In this document: positions 29,788-41,341 of the stretch, piece by piece | How the letters are laid out: each line of letters opens with the position of its first letter | How positions within the stretch are numbered: position 1 is the first letter of the stretch | Assembly: GCA_009103225.1 (NCBI GenBank) | Contig: RHPI01001965.1 | Span: 573,114-637,113, forward strand | Direction of reading: 5' to 3' | From: Chlorokybus atmophyticus | Lineage: Eukaryota > Plantae > Mesostigma and Chlorokybus algae | Length of the DNA stretch: 64,000 bases | Translations under genes and position numbers: made by a program | Notes under the pieces: model-generated | What the model was told of the DNA's origin: nothing | Database searches by the model: none | What the model saw: the letters and a program-made list of their open reading frames with translations, nothing else

Positions 29788-32700
29788 TCAAGCGCCAATG
29801 GCGTCTAGCAGCTCCCAATGCTTCCACACCGGCGCCAGCGTGTTTGCGCAGATGATGCCGCTTGCTGCACACAAGACAGATTGCTGTCACATCCTCGCAT
29901 GGCACCCAGTTCGTAGGCGACCTGTTAAAGCAACAACAAGAGAGGAAACAAGGTCATACCGGCTACAGCGGGGACACCAATGCCGGGGAATGTCGAGTCG
30001 CCACATGTGTACAGACCCGGCAGAGGGGTGGTATGGCCAGGGAACATGCTGTACAACACACCCAACAAAAACAGTCAGTGACAGCTTCCTTATGCTTGTG
30101 TGTGTGGTTGAGTGTGTATTTGAGCGTCATGACAGCTGCGCACCCTTGTCCAGCCTTAATGGCCGGGCCGTACGTGCCCCGGTCTCTCCTGAGATATCGA
30201 CCATGCGTGATGGGTGTCCCGATCATTGTGACCTCCGTGCGTTGGCGGACATCCGGGATGGCCTTCTCCAGGGCCTTCCACAGCACCTCTGCCCTCTCCT
30301 GCTTCTTCTGCTCGTACTCCGGCGACCCGCGCTTCAGACCCTCCCATTCACTCCAGGGCTCAGTGGCAGGCCTGTACGCCATTGCTGATACCATTCAGAT
30401 ACAGTTGTACAAGAGAGAGGAACGACTTATGATTGCTTACACCAGACTTACGTGTAAGCATGGACAACATGCTTCCCATGTGGAGCTAGTGAAGGATCCA
30501 GTACACTGGGTATCGACACGACAACAACATTCTGAGGTGCTGTGATTCCATTCTCCCAGCTGTTTACAATCATGTGATGTATCTCCAGGTCATCCGGGAG
30601 CCCCTGGTAATAGCAATCGAGTGAGCACTGATGTCCTGCATCAAACCATAGCGCATACCTTTGTGCATGTCATACCGTGGCATCAATGCCCAAGTGTAGG
30701 TGAATAAAGCTCTTGCACTGAGGTATGCTCTCACTCTCCTTCACGTAGCGTGCAGGGAAGGCACCATCTGGTACTAATCGCAGTGTGTCCCACACTGAGG
30801 CGTTGGACACCACAGCCCTGTTGTAACAGCCATATCATAACAATAACAAGTCTACAATGCAGTACACAACAAGAAATGACAGCATGAAATACGTTAAGCA
30901 CTGACTTGCGTGCACGGATCGTGCGCAAGCCGCGCTCATCCCTACTTCTGCTCACTACCACGCCAGCCGCTTTGCCATTCTCCACAAGAACCTGCCATAA
31001 TGGTAGGGATGCAGCTCTCAGCTTGCCACTAAGGTTGCACGATCAGCGGAGCACAACACAAAAGTGTCCTGTCTGCAGCAACTGTGCACTGATAACTGAA
31101 TGAAGTTCATCGACTCACGCGCCGTGAACGCATTACCTGTTCCACGTGAGTACCAAGAAGCAGCCTGCCGCCATACTTTTCCAACCCCGTAACAAGGGCT
31201 TGGATGATAGCTCCACTGCCTCCTTTGGGAAACTCAAGGTGACAGCCTGCCAAGCATTATATCATGAGCTTGCACGGACCGCAATGAAAACAGTGGTAGA
31301 GGATGAAGCGCGACCAACAGACTTATTCAAAACAAAACAACCTCAGGTCTAACATTGTTACCTGGTTGGTACCATTCATTCAGCATGAACGCCATCTCAG
31401 CTGCCACTGTTCCATCAGCAGGCAAGCCTGAGAGCAGGAAGCACAGGAGGTCCAGCCAGCGCAGCACAAATGGGTCCTTGACCTGCGCTTCACAAGTACA
31501 GTACAGTTGAAGCACTAATTGTCAGCGATGCACAGAGTAGTGTTGCGCAAGACAAATGCATAGCCTCACTTGTTGATGTTACCTACCGTGTCCTTGATCA
31601 ACTCTGAAAATGGCTGGCTGAGTTGAGCCGCAACAGGTCCGGACTTCAGGAGAGCTGGGAGAAAGCGAGCGAGCGTGATGAGTGCTGCCGGGTCCTCTCG
31701 AATGGCAGCTGCAGGCAGCGCTGCTGTTGCATCCATGTACGGTTTCATTCTCTCCTGTTGTAAAGACACGCTCACTACAACTTAAGATAATCAGAAAGCC
31801 TATCACGCACTTCCAGTAGGTTAACCCTCTACTGACCTGTAATGCGTCCCACTCCTTGACAGCTCCCGGCCCGGAAACCTTCTTGAGTATTTCGTGGAAC
31901 TGCTCTGCTCCAACCTTTGCTAGGAAGCTGCCTTCGGGCAGATGGCAGTACCATGCATCATACTGCAAGCGATGGTCAACATTGCTGTCTGATGCGCAAC
32001 GAGCGACACACTCAACACGTGCACACAGCACATGAGTATTCAGCCCAAACCTTGATGCACGGCAGATCCACGTCCAGCGCATGCAGCACCTGTTGCATTC
32101 AATAATAAGCACAACATTACTTGACAGCTAGTGGCCATGCTTAGGCGTGTCAATGCTTGTGACTACGGTCTCACAGTGTTGACTGTCTGTGACCCACCTG
32201 ACCCAGTGGGTTGGTGGTTGGTCGCGGGCACATCCCTGAGTACAGCGACGGTCCCGACTCAAAAGTGTAACCATCTTTCTTGAACTCATGCGCAGCGCCA
32301 CCAGGGTCAACGTGGCTTTCACACACAATCACCTGAAACATCAACACGTTAGGTACGCAGCTCCAGCTACATACCAACTCCGCATGCAACTCTGGGCACA
32401 AAAGCAGAAGCATGTGTGCATTGCTTCTCCTTCACCCTCCTTATTTATCAGTCTAACCTTATAACCATAGCGTGCAAGCAGTGCACCAGCGCACAGACCT
32501 CCTATACCGCTGCCTATCACCACTATATCAGTTTCCAAAGTTCGTGATGACTCTGTTCTGGTTGGTGGAGGAGCCTCTGTTACTGCTGCACAGCGCACCC
32601 CTGTATGTGTATGCCTCGCAGCCACACCATGTGACCTGCACACAGTATGTGATCAGCTAACTGCAACCGAAAGCTTTACCAATAACAACTTTCAGTTTTA

Positions 32701-33401
32701 CCCTCCAACGACTCTTGTTCACAACAATGACTGTTGAGGCAATGACTGTCAAAACAGGGTGAACTGCTGTGAAGTCTATATTTAACAGCATGGGAGGAAA
32801 CACATACTTGGGTACCTGTTTCACGTTTATTACACCAATTAGTACTACTGCTACTAGTACTGCAGTTGCATCCAACCGATTTCGGTTGCGTGTTGTAGAT
32901 CGTGACCATTTCAGCAACCACCTCAAAGGCATGAGCGCAAGCAACAAGCTAAAGTGCACTAATGCATTCTACACATCACCTGCAGCTCAATGTGGCAATG
33001 CAGCGCAGTGTTCCAGCTTGCAATTTGCAGCAGCTCTTGCAAGGCCAAACAAGCAGCAAGGTGTGCATTGTTTCTTGCTCCTGCAGCGTGGTGGACGCAC
33101 GCTGCAGGAGCAAGACAACACGCAATGTGCAGAACAAGAATATGGTCACTTGTGGTTAATCAAGGCTTACGTGTAGCCTAATGTGAAACCACAGCTACAA
33201 CACCGACCACCCAAATAGAAGCAGCAGTGCCAACCTGCAGTATCCAGTCTGCGCTCCTGTCCCAAGCACCAGCGAACCAGCCAGAAACGCCCTACGATCC
33301 GCCCTAAACGCTCGCTGCTGCAGACCAGAAGCGCTCCCTCGCCTAACAGCAGCTGCAGACACCGCCGCAGCGCACACGGACGCCGCCACCACGACCGCCA
33401 T
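29788..33401 (-). CDS. Plastid-targeted carotenoid isomerase-like (CRTISO-like/phytoene dehydrogenase family) FAD oxidoreductase
   Basis: DIVVIGSGIGGLCAGALLARYG, GGAAHEF..YTFESGPSLYSG, WLDLLCFLLSGL, FPKGGSGAI, GTPITHGRYLRR.RGTYGPAI and GDSTFPGIGVPAVA.ASGIICAN; Ala/Arg-rich transit peptide. The exon 1-2 junction is not resolved. Confidence 0.9.
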
Positions 33402-34288
33402 CCTGGTGGTTTCAATGCCACAGTCGCTGGTGCAGTTGTTGGGCCAGGAAAGCGCAGACCCGGGGCTGATCTGGCACGCATGGGCAATCTGGTGGCGGGC
33501 GTGCCGACGTGGAGGAGCGCGCGACCGACCGCGGCCGCCTCGCGCTATATCGCGCGCATGCACGTCGCTCCACGTCACTCCTTCGCGCGGATGGAGCAAG
33601 AGTAGCTGTTGAGGCCTCCATTTGAAATGGTCTACAGGTACTAGTATTTGTCCATTTCATCAACTTGCATATCGTAAAGACACGTACATTACAACCCTCA
33701 CTCAAATGTCAGAGTTAAATTTCACTGCATCCTTTCGCTATGCTGACCGCACCAAAAGTCAATGCATTGTTATTATCGTTAACAAGGCCTGTAATAATCT
33801 ATCAAAATTACAACCCAATGCAATCAAAATTTGTTTTAAGGTTGCAATGTACGTGTCTACGCTATAGTAGAGTGGCACTTATTCGTGTTAAGATAGATAA
33901 CTCATTTGCTGATTGCTTTTGTCTGCTATCATGTTAAGCAATAGAGAAATGCCAACACCACAGCATTATGATACCCGTATGCAGGCTTCTGCTTTGTTCT
34001 TGCAACCTCTCCTGATGCCAATTCTCCTTTATCTTTATCAGTACCGCGTGCAGGCACCCGCAGCCAAGCATCCTCTTCTCCCACGCCCGCAGTGTATTGC
34101 GTGATGTACATGCCACTGCATGCCGCAACAATGCTTTGTGTTATTTGTGCAAGTTTCAACCTTTTTTAACCATGAGCTACAGGTTTTTACAAAAAGCTCT
34201 CAACCCCTTCGTACCGAAAAAAACTTGTATTCTATAAAGTAGTATATTATATTCGCAGCGCGGCGCGAGGGGGGGGGGGGGGGGGGGG

Positions 34289-34453
34289 NNNNNNNNNNNN
34301 NNNNNNNNNNNNNNNNNNNNNNNNNNNNNNNNNNNNNNNNNNNNNNNNNNNNNNNNNNNNNNNNNNNNNNNNNNNNNNNNNNNNNNNNNNNNNNNNNNNN
34401 NNNNNNNNNNNNNNNNNNNNNNNNNNNNNNNNNNNNNNNNNNNNNNNNNNNNN
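34289..34453. other. Assembly gap (N run)
   Basis: N run preceded by a poly-G tract. Confidence 0.99.
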
Positions 34454-35725
34454 GAAGGGGGGGGGCATGCAGTTCTTGCCAGCTATGAGTGATATTACTT
34501 GCTTCATATTGTTGTAATCCGACCATGCATTGTCAGCTTCGACTTATCTTGTGCATTACCTTATAAAAAACACACATAGTATTATCACATGGTACCAAGT
34601 CGTAGGCCTTGAACGCGATTGGTTCCCGCAATATCAAAGCTGCTTGGCGCAACGCTTTGTCAACATTTGTGGTGACTCCATGTACTATATACGCCATGCC
34701 TGGCCCTTATAGGCTGGGTGGTGAAGTTGATACTAATGTGAGTATTTAAGAGTAACGTTTTTTTGGTTGAACGGCATTTTTATTATTAATGAATTGCTTA
34801 ATGGTTAAAATCTATACGCCATGCATCTGCGACAAGCAGCGCTCCATCAATGCTAGCCTTGCTCTTTTAGCTGTAGCTGCAAATGTGCAATGCGTACATT
34901 GCTCGGGGAAGACGCATCATGTGCACTATGTACAATGCATTACGTGCTTTGATAGGACTGCGTATGTGCGCACATTTACTACATGTTACAAACTTGCGTG
35001 TTGCAGCAATCTGTAAGACGCAATGTACATTATAAGCGATCATACACGCAGCAACGCCCGAGATAAAGAGTGTTGCTTTGAAGCGGCAGCACATGGACGT
35101 GGAGGTTTGGTTTAGCTTTGCATGTTACACCATTGCTCGTCAATGAGATCACGCAAATGAACAACGTTCAACCTACTCGCATATTGAGGGGATCGTCTTC
35201 GTAGCTATCTAGGGTATGCCCCGCTGCTCACACATCTGCATGTGCTCAGCATGCACTTGTATTGGCATTGACGTATGTTCTATAGCTTATGCAGCATAGC
35301 GTGTTGAGGTTAAGTTTGCAATGAAAATATGCGTTCTCAATTCAATATCGACATAAGATGTCATTGGACTCCCATAACCAATGATTTTTCAGGGCTGCAT
35401 GAAACATAAGTACTGTTTAATGTTTAAATACTTCCTTTTAATGACCTCTGATAAAGCCTTAACGGTGCAGCTAAACTTAGCCGTTTGCTGTGGTCATTGA
35501 CTCATTCACCCACGAGGCCGTTGGACTGCTCAGTGTCAAAGCGGTTCAGGTGCCATACACATGTACATGAACAGCTCACTCTAGGTGAGTTTTACGACAT
35601 CAGAGGTACCTACGTGTTTCAACAAATTCAAACCGTTGCCAGTGGGCCACCCAAGCCAAATTCAACCCTTGCTTTGCTGACGCACATAATCAGTTGAACC
35701 GGCAGTTACATGCCGTTAGGGACGC

Positions 35726-35791
35726 TTCCCGCGAAAGACACACAACCCGATTTTTTCGCGGGGGCCACTGGACAGGTCATCACCCGCGAAA
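35726..35791. promoter_or_regulatory. Three TTTCGCGGG E2F-consensus-like sites
   Basis: ttcccgcgaaa (35726), tttcgcggg (35754) and cccgcgaaa (35783) fit TTTSSCGS. Confidence 0.45.
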
Positions 35792-36745
35792 GCAAAGAGA
35801 ATGGGGCGCGCCGCGCTTGCCGATTCTGCTCCGCAAGTGACGTGGTTGCCTGCGTCGATTGCTCCCATCATAAACTGACCATCACATGAGACTAACCAAT
35901 TAGCCCCTTTATTAAATGCCTTGCATTGAGACCAGCTCTCATCTTAGGCCATGCATGACTCTGGTAGGCCCGTCATCACCAGCAGATAGAGATTCAAAGG
36001 CGCGGCTGATTCTCGCAAAGTTTGATGCCGCAAAAAAGTGTCAACCGCCTGCTGCGCAGTTGAATTGGCCCGTCGCGTCGCGATGTCCGCCAAATCTTGT
36101 ATCCAGCCTGTGACCTCCCGACTTTTGTTGCCTGTACGACTGATATACTGTGTCAGATCTGTGCTTAAATACCGGCAGCGCATTGCGGACGCTCCGGTCA
36201 CGAAATGTGATAATCGGAGCCTGAAACCAACAAAGTGCATCGATCTCATGCGACGGCCAGTTAAAGTCTTTTGGCAGGATGTGTTTCTGAGTGGGTGACT
36301 GTATGAGGTGTGACACACAGCGCATGTGTCTGCGTGTGTACAATTGGCGTTGTTCTGCTTACCCTTCTCCAGCTCCGTGTCCTTCACTGTGTCCTCTGCC
36401 TTGTCTGCGTGGCGATTGCCTTGCTGGCTTGCCGACAGGGGGCGGGAAGACAGTAGTAGACTAGTCAGGGTCACGTTGCTGTGCAGCAACAACCAACCTG
36501 CCGCCGCTGCTGCCGTCGCCGTGAGGTGGCTCCTCTTGTCGATCACCTGGTTGGAGCGACGGCCTCCACTTGTAGTTGGCGGCTTGAAGCTTGAAGTTTG
36601 AAGCTGCAGCAGCATGGCTTGCTGAAAAGTGGGGAGGAAGCTGAATTGGTAGTGCAATTGGTGCAGCGGAGAGTGCAGCAGCTGCGACTACGTGACAGTT
36701 TGAAAGGCAAAGGCGGCAGAGGACGAGGAGCAGGAAGACAAGGTC

Positions 36746-38542
36746 ATGGCGCAGGCGGTGGCTCGGCTGCCAGCCGTGACGACGAGGCTGACTCGGCCAG
36801 ACAGGTGCAGCCTCAAGCCCCGGCGAGGTGGCTTCCCGGCAGCCACTTGCCGCAATGTCGCCGCCTTGAGCACTCGCTGTGAGCAGCAGGAGCCGTCCAG
36901 CACCTCAAGCAGCAGCACCGCTACCTCCAGTGTCCACAATTCACTGTCAATTCAGTCTTCCTCTACCACAGCCGCCCCTCCAGCTGGCCTCACTACTGGC
37001 CGCAGGGCCCTCTTGGCCTCCTCGCTCTGCCCCATTGCCGCCCTGCTGGCTGACCCCAAGCCCCCAGCTGCAAGTAAGCTTAGATTACCAGTTTTTGTCG
37101 CCCAGTCAAGTCATTCACTCGTAATCGACGCTTGTTCCAGTGCAATTTTCTAAATGGCCCTTTGATTTGCACAGAGGCCGGCATGCTAAAGTCGCTCAAG
37201 AGCGACGCGCGAGCTGCGCTCACTTTCTACAACAACACCGACAGTAGGGTGCGTGTGTACTGGGTGAACTACGATGGCGATGCCGAGCTGTATGTGCGCA
37301 TCCCGCCAGGCGGTGTCTGGACTGTGGACACGTTTGCAACACACCCATGGCGCACTGTCCTCAATGAAACGTGAGTGCTGCGTTGGCAGATTGTGCTGCT
37401 TTCTAATCATTGCACTGCTGCTTACAGTCAGGTTGTTTGCGCAGGGGGATTGTGCTGCGCACTTATGTCGCCGCACCAGGACAGCAGATGATTGATGTTG
37501 CCGAGCCAGATGGTACGTCATGCACCTCACAACCAGCAGATTGCCTGTAGTACTTTCAGCTGGTGTTGTATGTGTTTTCACAATTGCCATGACAAACTGC
37601 TCATCCCAACTTGTGGAAATTTGCCCAAGTCTGACTTCAATTGTGCAACAGAGATGCTTGAAACAATTGAAACGGAAATGGAATTGGAGCAAGCAGCGGA
37701 GGAAGAAACTGAGTTTGAGTACGCTAATTCTTTTGATGGCATTGGTGGAGAAGCCGATGCATACGCTTCTGCACAGCTCTCAGCTGTTGTTCAGGTTGGT
37801 AAAATTGCATTGAGTCTCTTTGAGGTGGGCGAGTTTTGGTACTACCTGTGACTGATTATACATGTGTACGGCAGATTCCTTCGTCGGCCATGGCAGTGCT
37901 GGTGTTATCAGTGGACGGCTTTGAAGCGCCTCTACCTGTGCCAGCATCCATGCTTGACCTGGAGTCTGTTGTCTCAGCCGCACAGGTGAGTATTCTGACA
38001 CGGCGTCAATGTGTGCAACTCAGGGAATTTCCATCTGCACATTGTAAGCTGTTTTTGAATGGCAGGGTGAGCGTGGTAGACAACCAGACACGTTTCAGAG
38101 CTGGAGCAGGGCTCTTCATGCAGTTGGTGGACAGGTAGAGTCATTTGACACAGTCTACAACACTTGTGCAAAACACTGCATGTGCTGTGTGTTTTGGTTC
38201 AACACCACCTTTGTTGTGGACACGTGGTAATTGGCTCTCATGTTAAATCAACTTGCGCAGGTGGACAGAGTTACCATCACGCGGTTGGTTGGGCACCAGC
38301 TGTATGCAAGGATTGTCCTCTCCGCTCCCAGCATTGCACCTCAGGCACAGTTTGCGGCGGTCAGCAACCGGGACCCTGCCCGCAATTCGTCCTCCATCAA
38401 CGTAAGGCCTCCAGATGCGATTGCTTTGGCCATCCGCAGCGGTGTGCCCATCTACGTGTGTAAAGATATTGTTGAAGTGGCTGCGCATGCGCGCCTCGGC
38501 TTGCCTGAAGTCGATGAGACTGAGGGAGCCTTGAAGGCTTGA
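36746..38542 (+). CDS. Plastid-targeted fusion: VHL beta-like domain + acidic linker + DUF151/bifunctional-nuclease-like domain
   Basis: Seven exons join in frame: transit peptide..RRALLASS..|LKSLKSDARAALTFYNNTDSRVRVYWVNYDGDAELYVRIPPGGVWTVDTFATHPW|GIVLRTYVAAPG|EMLETIE..|AVLVLSVDGFEAPLPV|RQPDTFQSWSRALHAVGGQ|VDRVTITRLVGHQLYARIVL..NVRPPDAIALAIRSGVPIYV..*. Confidence 0.82.
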
Positions 38543-41341
38543 GCTGCCGGCCTCTACAATAAAGATGCATCTGACTTGGCATTCTGCCAATTGCAATTTG
38601 CCAGCGCCAGATACTGTACAGACATGTGCCCGTGTATGGGCTAGGATATATAACAGGTGCTTTAGTGGTAGGTATTTGTACATAAGCAAGGAGACATTGT
38701 ACATAAGCATAGTCATCCCAGTGTGTACAGAAAAATGCAAGTGATCAGGATATATGCAACATGCATTGTTCACAAAACCCATTATCATGCAATAATTATT
38801 TACCACCTGGAACTACCTCCACTAACCACATGTAGCTATTGTAAGTGATTCCTCCAACCCCATCAGACATACATGTATGCGTTTGCTCATCACCGCATGT
38901 ACATGGCAGGCAATTTATGTGCAGCGCAAGTGCAAGGTGATTGGTCATGTACTCATGCTGCAAAACTGCACATACTCTGCCCTACAACTGAGCTGAGAGC
39001 ATCCGCTGCACTTGCAGATGTGCAGTGTAAAGTATGTGCGCGGACGATTTACTCACATGTGCTAGCAAAACAGTCTAAACTGTGCCAAACGGGTATTCAG
39101 CAGGTGTACCAAATGGGAAGGGGGTTTGCGCATGCACATTGGATGTTAGTCCAGCTGAGGTTGTGTACCAACCTTTGCACAATCAGTGGGCTTAGTATGC
39201 TACAGAACCACAAGCAGGCAATCAGCCCTGTGTATACGGTAGACATGGTACTGTCTTGAAGCCCATGGTCAACTCCAGCACAGGTGTGACACGAGTGCCG
39301 TTGCCATACCCAGCATGACTCTCCATTGCAACTCAGCATCGCATGCTGCTATCCACAGAGGCATGTGCACGCAACCATGCACACCGCGCCAGTGTGTTTT
39401 GGGCTTTTGTAGACACTGCACGCACCAACATTGTTCAGCACACCCACGGATCTTCACATGTCGCCAGCATTCTTCGCAGCTGCCATTCACATGTAGGCAC
39501 CTTTGTGCGTTTGCATATGCGAACGAAGTGGCTATGCAAAGTGGCTAACAGAAGTAGAACGTGCTTAAAACGTGCCTCCACATTGTCTGTGAGTTGGGTG
39601 TTGAATGATATTTTGCACAATTGGACTACTTCAGCACTAACAACAATGTGCAGGCACGAGGACAAAGGGAGGGTACGAAAAAGGAAGCCAAGTTAGCAGG
39701 AACGACCAGTGCCCTTCAGTAACAATCAAGCAACACGACATCATCTGCGACGCGATCGCACAGCATGCTAGCAGTGCATGGGAACTGGCCCTTGTCACGC
39801 TCACAGCATGTCGCAATCGGAATGGTCAAGCACCAGATGCAGTAGCGGGTTAACATGCTTCAGGTGTGAAGCCCGTCGCAGGCTGACTATGCCACACGTC
39901 CAAGGCTCAGCCTGTCAGTGTGTGGGGTAGCACCTTTGTCGTGAGGGACTTGAATCATTGGAGTACCAACAAGGCTGACTGTAGTGCATACACCTCAAGT
40001 GTATACCCACTACACAAGCATGAGTTACGCTGTCTCACTGCTGCCTGAACTGCTCGCTATCACTTGACCAAAAGAACGCACATGTAGCGCAGCACGTGGT
40101 CTGGCACGCACACACACAGGCTATCTATCTATGCAAGCGCCGTGTCCTCCTCCGTGGTCAGGGAGGGAGGGAGGGAGGGAGGGAGGGGGGGGGGGCACAG
40201 GTCTCCACCCTGGCCCTGCCGCCATCGCCGCTATAACTTCCCATGATGACCATCGCCTGTGCCTAAGGCGCAAGCCATGCGCTGGCGGCAGAGGCGTAAA
40301 AAACAAAACGCCTCCAGGCAGGTAGACGTGGGCACAGATGCAGATGCAGTTGCAGTTGATTGTGCACATTGTACAAAAGATGCAAGCTGCATCATGTGTA
40401 TAATATATGCAATGCTGTGCATGTAGCATGAGGTGCTAGAAGTACGCACGTATGGCATAGCATGCACACGTCCTCAGAAACTTGCACACTCAAATTGACA
40501 ACTCACTTTGGACCTAAGGCACAGGCCAAAAGGGGTCCTGCAATGGCTATAAATAAAAATAATTAGAAATAGTAATACGCAAGCGTGGGTGCGACAAAAC
40601 AGTAGCCGAGGTGCTGGATGCATTACTCAACATGATCGAGAATGAGCTGTGTAGCAAGCAGCTAATCTAAGTCAGTCAGATAAGCAGCCATTACTACGCA
40701 GCATCACCTGCAAGTTTGCCATTGATTAATATCAACATATCAAGAACACTGACAGCTGTCACAAACACCTTTCTGCAGTTTGCCACTGTTCTCAACAGAG
40801 AGTTACATCAGTGCACTCAGTCCCTGCAACCATTCAGTATGTTAGCAGTTTGGCGGTCACAGCGGTGTTACCTGTGGCAACAGCAATAATGCATAAATGA
40901 ATGCATCTATGTAGAGGCTGTGGTCAAGCACAAACTGCATGCCCCCGCACTCAATGCATAAAACACGTTATTTGTGCACATGATATTCAGCCTAAAGAAC
41001 AGGGAGCAACAGGGTGCAGGCCTGCGCCGAGTAGGCTCAGCAACAACACCTCTGCTGAAACTATGAACAACACTGAACAATGTACCTAGGTAGGTAAGTA
41101 TGTACACTAGAACAATACACTAGGCCAAACTGCTGGCACAGTCCTCTACACACAGTAGGACCTGTGAAAGAATACTATCGTGCAGCGACCATCACCAGGT
41201 TCACGGTGCACACTCAGATTGTGTACATACCCAGTGCTGGTCGTGTATACTACTATACAAGGCAGGCGTTGCACCAACATGACATGCAGGACCATTATGT
41301 ACAAATGTGGTCATCGCCTCCGGCTCGTTGTGTGAACTTTG

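Noticed and set aside
34269-34288. Poly-G tracts next to the N gaps as element termini or G-quadruplex features
   Set aside because: All three gaps abut G-runs, which is consistent with sequencing or assembly drop-out; the true lengths are unknown.
35944-36657. 237-aa minus-strand ORF divergent from the VHL-DUF151 gene
   Set aside because: No recognisable motifs, and using the internal donor/acceptor breaks the frame. It may be chance or non-coding.
38860-39960. Protein-like but stop-riddled minus-strand frames
   Set aside because: No assignable motifs; cannot be distinguished from an old pseudogene or non-coding DNA.
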